Of a stretch of DNA of 64,000 bases, positions 19,971-29,575 are shown piece after piece; positions within the stretch are counted from its first letter, which is position 1; every line of letters starts with the position of its first letter. This stretch comes from an uncultured delta proteobacterium (GTDB lineage: Bacteria; Desulfobacterota; BSN033; UBA1163). Made by a program: the position numbers and the translations under genes. The stretch is from assembly GCA_963827685.1 (NCBI GenBank), contig CAWHBU010000003.1:1056001-1120000 (forward strand). Direction: 5' to 3'. A model generated the notes under the pieces. The model searched no databases. It was not told the origin of the DNA and worked only from the letters and a program-made list of their open reading frames with translations.

Positions 19971-20077
19971 GAGGCTGTAGAAAAAGTCCTGAAAGCATGA
20001 TAATATCGCTATATCAGTAACAGAAAAGAGAGCGGGGACCGCTTAGGAGGAACTGAATGGCGAGATACAAAGAATAG
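19971..20077 (+). mobile_element. Left end of an IS1182-like element with an aborted transposase start
   Basis: Same 18-bp GAGGCTGTAGAAAAAGTC end; AGGAGG SD followed by MARYKE* at 20057-20077. Confidence 0.7.
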
Positions 20078-20260
20078 CGGGAAGAGGGTCAGGTCTTTTG
20101 TCTTGGTATTTTGGGCTAACGAAATATGGGTATTGGTGTAGTGGAATCGTCTCGACACCTATGCGGGCACGCATCCACAATAAGTGATGCCATCAGACCA
20201 AAGGATAGCACCAAGATAAAAGAGCTGACCCTACTACAATATCGCGAAGGAAGCTATGCT

Positions 20261-21010
20261 ATGAAATCACTATTCAAGGCAATCCGCGTTACGTGGCTTT
20301 GTTTGTGGGTGTCAATTGCGACCATTATCCTGGGTGTTCCCGTCATCATTGCGGGCCTGTTAAGCCGTACCGGCAATCTCGCGTTCTCCATTTCGAAGAT
20401 CTGGGCATACATCATGCTTGCCGTGTCCTTTGTCCGCACGGAAATAAAGAACAAGGCGAAGCTTCTGAAGGGGACATCGTATATCATTATTTCCAACCAC
20501 CAGTCGCATTTCGACATCCTCGCGCTGGTTACCACGCTGGGCATTCAATTCCGATGGTTCATCAAAAAGGAAATTCTCAAAATCCCGCTTTTCGGGTACG
20601 CGTTGTACGCCTCACGGAACATCTTCATTGACCGCTCCAATATCACCAGGGCAATCGAGAGCATTAACAAGGGCATCGATCGACTGCCCAAAGACGCGGG
20701 CGTAATGGTGTTTGCCGAAGGGACCAGGTCGTCCGACGGGCAGATTCACGAATTCAAAAAGGGGGGATTCATAGTAGCCATCGCCCGGAAGATCCCCATC
20801 CTGCCGGTTACCGTCAATGGAAGCCGGCGCGTCCTACCCAGGGGAAGCGCCGTCGTGAAGCCGGGAAAGATCCAGGTCGTGATCGGGGACCCCATCGATA
20901 CCAGCGGCTATACCACCGATACCGTTCAAGAGCTTATCGACAAAACGCGTCAGGCGGTCATGGCGAATTTCGATCCCGAGTACGCGGGGAGGGCTGACGT
21001 TACAAATTAA
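20261..21010 (+). CDS. 1-acyl-sn-glycerol-3-phosphate acyltransferase (PlsC family)
   Basis: NHQSHFD, FIDR, FAEGTRS, FKKG and PILPV motifs. Confidence 0.93.
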   Translation: MKSLFKAIRVTWLCLWVSIATIILGVPVIIAGLLSRTGNLAFSISKIWAYIMLAVSFVRTEIKNKAKLLKGTSYIIISNHQSHFDILALVTTLGIQFRWFIKKEILKIPLFGYALYASRNIFIDRSNITRAIESINKGIDRLPKDAGVMVFAEGTRSSDGQIHEFKKGGFIVAIARKIPILPVTVNGSRRVLPRGSAVVKPGKIQVVIGDPIDTSGYTTDTVQELIDKTRQAVMANFDPEYAGRADVTN

Positions 21011-21081
21011 AAAACCTGGCCCGTTACATTCCCTTTCTCCTTCATCAACACCACACCTCACATTTTGTGGTCAATATTTCC

Positions 21082-21111
21082 TTGACATACAAAATCGAAA
21101 GTTCTTATACT
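21082..21111 (+). promoter_or_regulatory. Sigma70-type promoter of the SWIB gene
   Basis: TTGACA-18 bp-TATACT. Confidence 0.65.
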
Positions 21112-21170
21112 TACCTTGCAATATCTGATCAAAAAAATACTAACACAATTTAAAGAACGGAGGCATAAGC

Positions 21171-21497
21171 ATGGCAGAAGAAAAAGGATTGGATAAACCG
21201 GTAAAATTGAAAGCGGACTTGGCGGCATTCCTAGGCGCTAGCTCACTTCCTCGTACTGAGATAACCAAAAAGTTGTGGGATTACATCAAGGCAAACAAAC
21301 TACAAACCAAAACAATCAATGGTAAACCAGAAAATGCCGGCAAGAATATTGTGGCTGATGCTAAATTAATTAAAATATTTAACAACACCAACATTACCAG
21401 TAAGACTGGCAAAGTAACTGATCTTACAAAGTTAAAAGAAGGTCAGACTATCGATATGATGCAAATGGCATCTGTTATTAGTGCCAATATCGAATAG
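21171..21497 (+). CDS. Stand-alone SWIB/MDM2-domain protein
   Basis: LAAFLG...LPRTEITKKLWDYIKANKLQ...IVADAKL; GGAGG SD. Confidence 0.88.
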   Translation: MAEEKGLDKPVKLKADLAAFLGASSLPRTEITKKLWDYIKANKLQTKTINGKPENAGKNIVADAKLIKIFNNTNITSKTGKVTDLTKLKEGQTIDMMQMASVISANIE

Positions 21498-21523
21498 ACT
21501 AAACATGTATAGTTGTTTTTTCA

Positions 21524-21557
21524 AAATAGGCAGGTGTAAAAACCCGCCTATTTGTTT
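21524..21557 (+). terminator. Intrinsic terminator
   Basis: AAATAGGC.GGT / ACC.GCCTATTT stem followed by a T-rich tail. Confidence 0.6.
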
Positions 21558-21799
21558 GCCCCTTTCAGGTGAACATTTCTCATAAGAACGGATTTCGCGG
21601 CACATCACGTTCTCCATCATCGGCGCCCAACCCCATATTTTGGGAGGGAGAACAGGGGGACGTAGTTGAAAAATGACACTTTACAGATATATAAAAAGTA
21701 TGATAGTGATTCGTCATGCCCCGCCCAGTGGGAAGATAGGGACCATCCCCATTTTCTGCCTCTAACATGCCAAACACTTCTATTGTTGCCAAGAGAACC

Positions 21800-22417
21800 A
21801 TGATGAAAAAGTTACTTGCGTTTGCGGCGATCGGCCTGCTGTATTTTCTCGGATGTAGCGACTCCTTTGCTGAACAGCTTCGAGATGGAGACATCATCTT
21901 CCAAACGTCGCGGTCAGAACTGAGCATCCCGATTCAGAAGGCAACCCACTCACAATACAGCCATATGGGAATCGTCTTTCTCAGGAACGGGAGTCCCTAC
22001 GTCTATGAAGCTATCAAGACGGTTCAGTATACTCCGTTTAGAAAATGGGTTGAGAGGGGCGAGGGCGGCCACTACGTGATAAAACGGTTGCGCGAGGCCG
22101 ACCGGATTCTAACCTCACAGGCTGTGAAGAAACTCCGGCAGGCCGGGAGTAAGTTCGAGGGTAAACCATACGACTCCTATTTTGAGTGGTCTGATAAACG
22201 AATCTACTGTTCTGAACTCGTATGGAAGATCTACGATCGGGGACTCGGCATTCGTGTCGGGAAACTCCAGAAAGTTCGGGACCTCGATCTTTCCGACCCT
22301 ATCGTAAAGACTAAAATCAAGGAGCGCTATGGTAATAAGGTCCCGATGGACGAGACTGTCATTTCCCCCGGCGAGATGTTTTCGTCTGACCTACTTATAA
22401 CGGTATTCCAAAAATAG
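21800..22417 (+). CDS. YiiX/YebB-like permuted papain-fold (NlpC/P60) enzyme, exported
   Basis: GDIIFQ, YSHMGI, GKPYD and IYCSELVWKIY motifs; signal peptide. Confidence 0.9.
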   Translation: MMKKLLAFAAIGLLYFLGCSDSFAEQLRDGDIIFQTSRSELSIPIQKATHSQYSHMGIVFLRNGSPYVYEAIKTVQYTPFRKWVERGEGGHYVIKRLREADRILTSQAVKKLRQAGSKFEGKPYDSYFEWSDKRIYCSELVWKIYDRGLGIRVGKLQKVRDLDLSDPIVKTKIKERYGNKVPMDETVISPGEMFSSDLLITVFQK

Positions 22418-22467
22418 GCAAGGTAACTAACCAATGAGATAAGCTGTTGGACACTCATACTTTGTCG

Positions 22468-22527
22468 GCCATGTCGGGCTGCCGGATCGCCGATAAATCC
22501 GGCTCCCGCTGATGCCCGGTGTTATAT
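22468..22527 (+). other. Degenerate attC-like site (right arm intact)
   Basis: Hairpin GCCGGAT/ATCCGGC, then GCTGATG-6 bp-GTTATAT; no recognisable R'' box. Confidence 0.45.
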
Positions 22528-22549
22528 AAAAACCTGCTTGTAAAATTGC

Positions 22550-22578
22550 TTGACAAGGGAAATTTATCCGGATAAAAT
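22550..22578 (+). promoter_or_regulatory. Sigma70-type promoter, near-leaderless transcript
   Basis: TTGACA-17 bp-TAAAAT with the ATG 9 nt downstream and no SD. Confidence 0.7.
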
Positions 22579-22587
22579 ACCCTTGGT

Positions 22588-23727
22588 ATGAAAATTAAAA
22601 AAAGACTGCTTGAGCTTGACTTGCCACGAGGGAAATCCGCTTTTCTATGGGGCCCGCGCAAAGTCGGTAAAACTTATTGGATTTCCCACACTCTGTCCGG
22701 CGCTGAGATTATTGATTTGTTGAAGACCGATACTTTGGCGGAATACATCTCGCGCCCGGCTCTACTAAGAGAGCGCTACCAAAATCACAAAGGACTGATC
22801 GTTATAGACGAAGTTCAAAAAATCCCACCCATTCTTGATGAAGTCCATTGGCTCATTGAAAATAAGGGCATCTCGTTTTTACTTACCGGCTCCAGCGCGC
22901 GTAAAGTCCGGCGCGGCCATGCCAATCTCTTAGGAGGCCGCGCATGGCGTAGGACCATGACCCCTCTATCTTATATGGAAGTAACTGATTTTAACCTGGA
23001 ACGAATTATGATTTCCGGATTGCTGCCCCCCCACTACCTTTCAGCTAATGCTGCTGAAGATTTGCGCTCTTATATCGCCGATTATCTTAAAGAAGAAATT
23101 ATCGCCGAAGCGCTTACGCAGAATATTCCGGCGTTTAATGAATTTTTACGGGTGGCGGCAATCACTTCCAGCGAGCTTATTAATTACGTAAACATCGCCC
23201 GGGAAACAGGGGTTTCGCATAAAGTTGTGCGCACTTATTTTGATATCCTTGAGGATACTTATCTGGGGTTCAGAATTCCGCCCTGGAAGAAATCAAAAAA
23301 CCGGCGTATGATTACCACTGAAAAGTTTTATTTATTTGACGTGGGTGTGGCTAATTACCTTGCCAGACGCCAACCCAAGATCGGCAGCCAGGAATTCGGC
23401 AAAGCTTTCGAACATTATATTTTGATGGAATTAAAAGCCTATCAGTCTTACCGTAATCCCGACATGCCCGTTACTTTCTGGCGGACATCAACCGGCCGTG
23501 AAGTTGACTTCATTCTGGGCGATAAAGAACTGGCGATAGAAATTAAAGGTTCATCCCGCATCCATGAAGGTGATATCGGCGCGTTGCAAGCTCTTTTAGA
23601 AGACGGGCCGGTTAAAAAATGCTGTGTCGTTTGCTTGGAAAAACAGCCCCGCCAGCTGACAAAAAATATTGAGGCGATACCCTGGCAAATGTTTATCGAA
23701 CGGTTATGGTATGGTGAATTTGAATAG
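22588..23727 (+). CDS. AAA_14 ATPase with DUF4143 / C-terminal PD-(D/E)xK-like domain
   Basis: GPRKVGKT, VIDEVQK, TGSS, KFYLFDVG and EVDFI...AIEIK motifs. Confidence 0.92.
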   Translation: MKIKKRLLELDLPRGKSAFLWGPRKVGKTYWISHTLSGAEIIDLLKTDTLAEYISRPALLRERYQNHKGLIVIDEVQKIPPILDEVHWLIENKGISFLLTGSSARKVRRGHANLLGGRAWRRTMTPLSYMEVTDFNLERIMISGLLPPHYLSANAAEDLRSYIADYLKEEIIAEALTQNIPAFNEFLRVAAITSSELINYVNIARETGVSHKVVRTYFDILEDTYLGFRIPPWKKSKNRRMITTEKFYLFDVGVANYLARRQPKIGSQEFGKAFEHYILMELKAYQSYRNPDMPVTFWRTSTGREVDFILGDKELAIEIKGSSRIHEGDIGALQALLEDGPVKKCCVVCLEKQPRQLTKNIEAIPWQMFIERLWYGEFE

Positions 23728-23761
23728 AAAACAACTGCTCTATTTCAATAACGCATGAACC

Positions 23762-23947
23762 GTGGAATTCGCAAACATGATGTTTGTAGATCGGTCAAGC
23801 CTGAAGGGAATAAATGCTCTCATCAAATCGTACGGGCCTAAAAGTCTGATTGCAGGGTATGTGGCCTCGAAGACATCACGCCGCTATCCCCTTTCAGACC
23901 AGATCTCTTCGGTCCCTGGAAGTTTTATAGATAGAGTTCTCTCATAG
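23762..23947 (+). pseudogene. Possible C-terminal fragment of a second DUF4143-type ATPase
   Basis: SLKGINAL...GYVAS...YPLSDQISSVP parallels the C-terminus of the upstream protein; weak. Confidence 0.3.
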
Positions 23948-24043
23948 AATCTGGAATTAAAAATAGATTATGTATTCACAAATCTCTTTTTTTCATTTGT
24001 CGGGACGCTTATAGAAAGCACGAGGCAGGACGAGGTGTAAGCC

Positions 24044-25378
24044 ATGAAAGCAGAACAAAAATTTAGTCTCATCAAACTCCAGTCTATGTTCACAGAGGTC
24101 TTCGGGCTCGGACGCGCCGCTGCATTAAGCGCGGTTATCTCGATATTGGTAGTTCTTGTACTCGGCATATTCCTGTTTTTTTACCTTGCGCCACCCAATA
24201 CGATCACTATAACCAGCGGGCCCGATGGCAGCATGTTTCGCAGGACAGCGGAAAGATATGCCAAGATACTCCAGCGAAACGGCGTGACGCTCAGGATACT
24301 TCCGTCTGAGGGCTCTGTTGACAACATCAAGAGGCTGGCTGATCCTTCGTCAAAGGTGGACACAGGATTCGTGCAGGGCGGAGTGAACAAAGGGATAAAA
24401 ACCGACAAGCTTGTTTCGCTGGGCAGCGTCTCATACGAACCACTCTATGTCTTTTACAGGAGCGGGTCCAACATCGAGCTCCTATCGCAGTTGATCGGCA
24501 AGCGAGTGGCGGTAGGTGAGGTCGGCAGCGGAACACAAACTCTCTCGCTCGCGCTGCTCGCAGGCAACAGCATAGAGCCGGGAGGCCCTACAAAACTGCT
24601 TGAGATGGATTCCGACGAAGCGGCGGGTGCAATCCTAAATGGCAAGGTGGATGCAGTGTTTCTGATGGGTGATTCTGTTTCAACAACGCTTATACGCCAG
24701 CTTCTCCATACACCCGGCATCAAGCTCTTCGACTTTACCCAGGCTGATGCTTATACGCGCCGCATCCCTTACCTGAATAAGATCACCCTCCCCAAGGGGT
24801 CGATAGATTTCGGGAAGGGCACCCCTGCTCAAGATGTCTTTCTGCTCGCGCCGACGGTTGAACTGATTGCTCGGGAGACCCTGCATCCGGTGCTCTCCGA
24901 TTTATTGCTCGAGGCCGCGCGTGAAGTGCACTCTGGTGCCGGGCTTCTCAGGCGCAAGGGTGAATTCCCCGCGCCGATCGAGCAGGAGATCCGCATCAGC
25001 GGTGACGCGAGTCGCTTCTATAAATCGGGCAAGAGCTTCCTGTACCGCTACCTGCCGTTCCAGCTCGCCAGCCTTGTGAATCGCACCGTTGTAGTGCTCG
25101 TGCCCATGATCGTGCTGCTTCTACCCGCACTGCGGCTCATACCTGCCATATACAGGTGGCGGTTCAAGTCGCGCATCTCCAGATGGTACCGTGCGCTGCT
25201 GATGATAGAGCAGGATCTCATAGCACAATTGGCATCGGATAAGCGCCAAGCGCTGATGGAAAGGCTCGACAACATCGAGGAAGCAGTGAACAGGATGAAA
25301 GTGCCAGCCTCGTTCGCAGACCAATTCTACGACCTGCGTGGGCATATCATATTTGTACGCACCAGGCTGAGGGCTTGA
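24044..25378 (+). CDS. TAXI-family solute-binding-like protein with membrane anchors
   Basis: ITITSGPDGS, SEGSVDNI, YEPLYVFYR and GEVGSGT motifs; N- and C-terminal hydrophobic helices. Confidence 0.85.
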   Translation: MKAEQKFSLIKLQSMFTEVFGLGRAAALSAVISILVVLVLGIFLFFYLAPPNTITITSGPDGSMFRRTAERYAKILQRNGVTLRILPSEGSVDNIKRLADPSSKVDTGFVQGGVNKGIKTDKLVSLGSVSYEPLYVFYRSGSNIELLSQLIGKRVAVGEVGSGTQTLSLALLAGNSIEPGGPTKLLEMDSDEAAGAILNGKVDAVFLMGDSVSTTLIRQLLHTPGIKLFDFTQADAYTRRIPYLNKITLPKGSIDFGKGTPAQDVFLLAPTVELIARETLHPVLSDLLLEAAREVHSGAGLLRRKGEFPAPIEQEIRISGDASRFYKSGKSFLYRYLPFQLASLVNRTVVVLVPMIVLLLPALRLIPAIYRWRFKSRISRWYRALLMIEQDLIAQLASDKRQALMERLDNIEEAVNRMKVPASFADQFYDLRGHIIFVRTRLRA

Positions 25379-25433
25379 AACAAAAAAGCCAAGGGTTAGG
25401 TCTCAAGGACCGGACCGGGGGCAGGATTGACAA

Positions 25434-26108
25434 TTGATATCTAATATAAACCATAGTAGGGTTGAGGTGGAACTTCGTGCTCTTTTTGTAATTGTTCTAA
25501 CATTAATTCTGGGTGCAAAGACTAACGCTGAAGGAATTCGTAAAACTTGCACCTATCAAACGTTCAAATGGAACGTGAATCTCAGGGGTTCGGTTGGTCA
25601 TGAAATGATTCGCCACTCTTATGATGATCTGGCACCGGACGAGATAGACCCGACAACTGGTTGCAGCGTTTGCGAGGAAGATCAGGAGACAATCCACATA
25701 CCACCTTTGACGCCTTTCCGCGTTTGCAAAGTGTTTGCACCGGTGGTGCGAAAGACGCTCTTAAAGTTGATTCAACAAGGTGAACCAATCTACGAGGTGG
25801 TAGGCTATCACGTTGGCCGAACGCGGGGCAAACCCGATGCCAGCGGTAACCGAACTGAGTTTAGCAACCACTCCTACGGCATCGCCATCGACATTAATCC
25901 ACAACTCAATGGTCTCTATGATCATTGCGTAAGATTCGGCTCGAATTGTCGGTTAATCCGCGGTGGACCTTGGCGCCCCGGACAACTTGGAGCGCTCACT
26001 TCGGAAAGTCCGATCGTAAAAGCAATGAAGGCGGCAGGTTTCCGTTGGGGTGGCGAGATTCAAGGTAATCAAAAAGATTTCATGCATTTTTCTCTAACTG
26101 GGTACTAA
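25434..26108 (+). CDS. M15-family metallopeptidase (D-Ala-D-Ala carboxypeptidase-like)
   Basis: SNHSYGIAIDIN and GFRWGG...DFMHF zinc motifs; start uncertain. Confidence 0.85.
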   Translation: MISNINHSRVEVELRALFVIVLTLILGAKTNAEGIRKTCTYQTFKWNVNLRGSVGHEMIRHSYDDLAPDEIDPTTGCSVCEEDQETIHIPPLTPFRVCKVFAPVVRKTLLKLIQQGEPIYEVVGYHVGRTRGKPDASGNRTEFSNHSYGIAIDINPQLNGLYDHCVRFGSNCRLIRGGPWRPGQLGALTSESPIVKAMKAAGFRWGGEIQGNQKDFMHFSLTGY

Positions 26109-26229
26109 CCTCTTCTCATCCCATCCTTCCTCCCGGAGTCTCCACAGAAACAGGACTCAGGGCCAAAACTTCCATTACCACAGTAAGAAGGGACGGCTCT
26201 ATTTTCTAACACAGGAACCCGGCAATAAT

Positions 26230-26389
26230 TATAGTGAACGCCTTAATAAAGTGGTCATTGCGAGGAGCGAAGCGACGTGCCTGCGCGCTGAAGCGCTACG
26301 GCACGCAAGCGTGGCAATCCCATGAGTTTGCTTCACTTCGTTCGCAATGACACGCCGCGGATGTCAACTTATTTATGACGTTCACTATA
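26230..26389. mobile_element. MITE with a GTCATTGCG...CGCAATGAC palindromic core and a nested hairpin
   Basis: TIRs TATAGTGAACG/CGTTCACTATA; the core at 26254-26351 is the near reverse complement of 30730-30827. Confidence 0.82.
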
Positions 26390-26452
26390 GAACAACCGCC
26401 CCCTCGATGATGTCCCTTTTATGATACCATCCGCTCCAATCGTTAGGCGACT

Positions 26453-26662
26453 TTAGTTCCATCTTAACGATGGTCGTTTTCCGGCAAGAGCACAATCCCT
26501 CAGATATAGATTAATGAGGTTTTGGTAAGGTATCCCCAGTTCTTTCGCTAAGCCTTTGAAGTAATCAATCGTCGAAGGTTCGAGGCGGATGGTAATCTGT
26601 TGCTTCAACTTGCCTGCGTACGGGTTCGGTTGTGCTTTTGAGAAATCATACTGTTTTCGCAT
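26453..26662 (-). CDS. BrnA-family antitoxin (RHH)
   Basis: MRKQYDFS...KQQITIRL...YFK...GIPYQNLINLYL. Confidence 0.9.
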   Translation of the reverse strand: MRKQYDFSKAQPNPYAGKLKQQITIRLEPSTIDYFKGLAKELGIPYQNLINLYLRDCALAGKRPSLRWN

Positions 26663-26665
26663 TGG

Positions 26666-26950
26666 TCACCCCTTATAAAAGCTTTGTTCGAACTTGTTTG
26701 CTCTTCTTGCAGAGATGATGCGAATTACTTCGTCGTCTTCACGATAGCAATGACACACCACCAAGATCCTTAAGCGGATACTTCTGCCAAGAATAATGAA
26801 ATGGTCTTCTTCCCCTGAATGATCCGGATCGGTTATCAGCTGAGCATATTCGTCATAAAATACCGTCTGAGCTTCTTCAAAAGAGACGCCATGTTTCCGT
26901 TTATTCGCAATGTTTTTCTTTGAATCCCAGACGAACCGAATATTGCTCAT
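26666..26950 (-). CDS. BrnT-family toxin
   Basis: FVWDSKKNIANKRKHGVSFEEA...IRIISARRA. Confidence 0.93.
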   Translation of the reverse strand: MSNIRFVWDSKKNIANKRKHGVSFEEAQTVFYDEYAQLITDPDHSGEEDHFIILGRSIRLRILVVCHCYREDDEVIRIISARRANKFEQSFYKG

Positions 26951-26985
26951 ATAATTATAATATAATTATTTCGCCTGAAGGTCAA
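26951..26985 (-). promoter_or_regulatory. Leaderless promoter of brnTA with a palindromic operator
   Basis: TTGACC-17 bp-TATTAT with the ATG 6 nt later; perfect IR ATAATTATA-A-TATAATTAT at 26951-26969. Confidence 0.7.
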
Positions 26986-27010
26986 GCCATAGATGTTTTC
27001 CTATCTCATT

Positions 27011-29575
27011 TTATTCTCCCCTCTCGCTTTTCTGAACATATTGCCCTACGACCAAACGGATTTCATCATAGCTTACGTCCTGGGGAAGCAGGGCCTTGAT
27101 CGGAGCCAATCGTTCGCTTCCAACCTGGTCAATCGCTTTTTCAACCAGGGCAATTCGCTCCTTTGAAAGAATACGGTTAAGGCCGATTGACCGGCCTTCG
27201 TCAATAAGCTGAAGAAGATGCTCGGTAATCGTCGATGGAGTAAGACCCCGCTTCCGGGCAATTTCATCCACTTTCATCCCCTTCTCCCACAGCATCCATG
27301 TGATTTCGACTGTGCTTCCCCCCGAAGTTTTTTTCAGGGCAGGCCGTACTGCCGTAGATCCGTCGTGCTCACTCAAGGGCCTCGCCTCAGGGTGGCTTTT
27401 TAGATAAGCCCTAACCACTTCAAGCGTCTGATTTCCATAAGCCGACACCTTATATTCCCCGCAGCCTTTGACGGCAAGCAATTCGGAGGTTGTTCGAGGC
27501 AGTCGCTGGCTGATGGCCCTCAGGGTTCGATCATGGAAGATGACGAAAGCGGGGAGGTTGGATGCTTGAGCAATTTCGAAACGCATCTCCTTCAGTGAAG
27601 CAAACAGGTCTTCATGAGATGGCAGGCCGAATTCTTCCAAAACTTTTTCCGGAAGCTTCTCCTTAACGATCCTTCCTTTTTTGGTTAACCCCGTTAGAAA
27701 GGACGGGGCTTTAACCCCACCCTTTCTGGAAGGGATTGCCGCCAGCCCAGAGGGCCTTCTGGCCCGGAGGGAGGATTTATTTATGTCATTCCTGCCAAAA
27801 ATGGCGGGACTTTCTAACGGGGTAAATGTCCCGCGCGTGCGAGTTTCAACCTCGACAAGACAGTTAGAGCAGTTATCACAACTGTTCTCTCTCATCCGCT
27901 CGCCGAAGTATTCGAGAATAAACCGTCTTAAGCATTGGTCGGTGTAGGCATAATCGACCATCTTTCGGAGTTTCTTCCGCTCAAAAAGGCTTCGGCGCTC
28001 AATCTCTCGAAAATTGATATTCAGTTTGGAGACAGGAACCCGTGACAGTATTTTCAAACCCCGGCCCCGAAACGGCGGTCGATATTCTATTGACCCTGCT
28101 TGATGAAGCGCAGAGAAATGTCGTCTTAATTGCTCTGGTGCAAGATTCAGATGCTCGGCCATCACATCCAGGTTCACCAGAAGGGTTTTGTCTTTCGATC
28201 CCTCCAGGACATCCAGATAATAATTGACAATCTCTCTTTGAGAATTGCTCTTTCCTTCAACCCGGCGCTGAAGCTCTTCCGGCTCGATACAAAGGGTCAC
28301 CCTGGTCTGATGCTCCCCTTCCGACCCGCGCTCAATATAGCCGGCCTTCTCCAGAATCTTTAGGCACGAAGAAACGGCCATCTCATTCGATTTTGAGCGA
28401 CCGAGGCGCTGGGCCATGACCTTCTGAGTCATCTCAATTTCATCTGTCCCGACATCACATAAGACCTCGTACGTCCTCTCGACCATGTCTTGGGGTGGGT
28501 AACTTCCGTCGATAAAAAATTCCTGGGTGAAAGTGTCGGCGTAGTTAAAAAGGAGCAGACAGGTTGCAGGCTTCCCGTCACGCCCGGCGCGCCCGACTTC
28601 CTGGTAGTAAGCCTCGAGGGAGCCGGGGATGTCATAGTGGACGACAAAACGGAGATCCGCCTTATCGATGCCCATGCCAAAGGCATTTGTCGCCACCACG
28701 ACCGGCAAGGTCCCGTCCATGAAACGGTCTTGGACAACCTTGCGGGACTCCATCTCCATGCCGGCATGATAACTCCCTGCTTTGTAGCCATAGGACTGTA
28801 ATGCCAAGGCCACCGTTTCCACATTCTTACGGGTAGCTGCATAGATAATTCCCCTTTGTTCCTTCTTTTTGAGCAGACCCAAAATGGTTCCGATTTTATC
28901 TCCCTCCCCTTCCGCCTTTTTAACCTGAAAACGGAGATTGGGGCGATCAAAACCGGCGATAAAAGTGATCGGCTGCCGGAGGCCCAACTGCGTGATGATA
29001 TCACGGCGGACATCGGGGGTGGCCGTTGCTGTCAGAGCGGCGATAGGGGGATGGCTTAGTTTTTCAGCAACCCCTTTGAGACGAAGGTAATCAGGACGAA
29101 AATCATGCCCCCATTCGGAAACGCAGTGCGCCTCATCCACAGCAAAAAGTGAAACACGACAGGATTGAATTCCCTCCATAAATCCAGGATTCCGGAACCG
29201 TTCAGGAGCAATGTAAACCAGCTTATATCTGCCCTGCTGAATCTCTCTGAGTCTCTGTCCTTGCTCGGAAGGGGTCAATGTACTATTGATGAACGTAGCA
29301 GGGATCTGATTTTCCACCAATCCATCTACCTGATCTTTCATCAATGCAATCAGGGGCGAGATGACCAGTGTCACCCCGTCCAGGAGCAGCGCCGGCAGCT
29401 GGTAACAGAGCGATTTGCCGCTTCCTGTGGGCATGACCACGACCACATCGCGCCTTCTCAGGAGGGTATCGATGATCTCCGCCTGCCACTTTCGAAAATC
29501 AGAGAAATGGAACTTCTCGTTCAGGACCCGGAAACGTTCATCTTTCATCGGAGCATTTAATGGATGAGAGGCCAT
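27011..29575 (-). CDS. recQ: RecQ-family DNA helicase with HRDC and C-terminal HTH
   Basis: PTGSGKS, DEAHCVSEWGHDFRP, QEVGRAGRDG, Zn Cys cluster and HRDC PAFVIFHD. Confidence 0.95.
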   Translation of the reverse strand: MASHPLNAPMKDERFRVLNEKFHFSDFRKWQAEIIDTLLRRRDVVVVMPTGSGKSLCYQLPALLLDGVTLVISPLIALMKDQVDGLVENQIPATFINSTLTPSEQGQRLREIQQGRYKLVYIAPERFRNPGFMEGIQSCRVSLFAVDEAHCVSEWGHDFRPDYLRLKGVAEKLSHPPIAALTATATPDVRRDIITQLGLRQPITFIAGFDRPNLRFQVKKAEGEGDKIGTILGLLKKKEQRGIIYAATRKNVETVALALQSYGYKAGSYHAGMEMESRKVVQDRFMDGTLPVVVATNAFGMGIDKADLRFVVHYDIPGSLEAYYQEVGRAGRDGKPATCLLLFNYADTFTQEFFIDGSYPPQDMVERTYEVLCDVGTDEIEMTQKVMAQRLGRSKSNEMAVSSCLKILEKAGYIERGSEGEHQTRVTLCIEPEELQRRVEGKSNSQREIVNYYLDVLEGSKDKTLLVNLDVMAEHLNLAPEQLRRHFSALHQAGSIEYRPPFRGRGLKILSRVPVSKLNINFREIERRSLFERKKLRKMVDYAYTDQCLRRFILEYFGERMRENSCDNCSNCLVEVETRTRGTFTPLESPAIFGRNDINKSSLRARRPSGLAAIPSRKGGVKAPSFLTGLTKKGRIVKEKLPEKVLEEFGLPSHEDLFASLKEMRFEIAQASNLPAFVIFHDRTLRAISQRLPRTTSELLAVKGCGEYKVSAYGNQTLEVVRAYLKSHPEARPLSEHDGSTAVRPALKKTSGGSTVEITWMLWEKGMKVDEIARKRGLTPSTITEHLLQLIDEGRSIGLNRILSKERIALVEKAIDQVGSERLAPIKALLPQDVSYDEIRLVVGQYVQKSERGE
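27688..27823. mobile_element. ACCCCGTTAGAAA-family MITE inside recQ (frame stays open)
   Basis: 14-bp TIR ACCCCGTTAGAAAG/CTTTCTAACGGGGT; same ends as 48928-49033. Confidence 0.85.
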
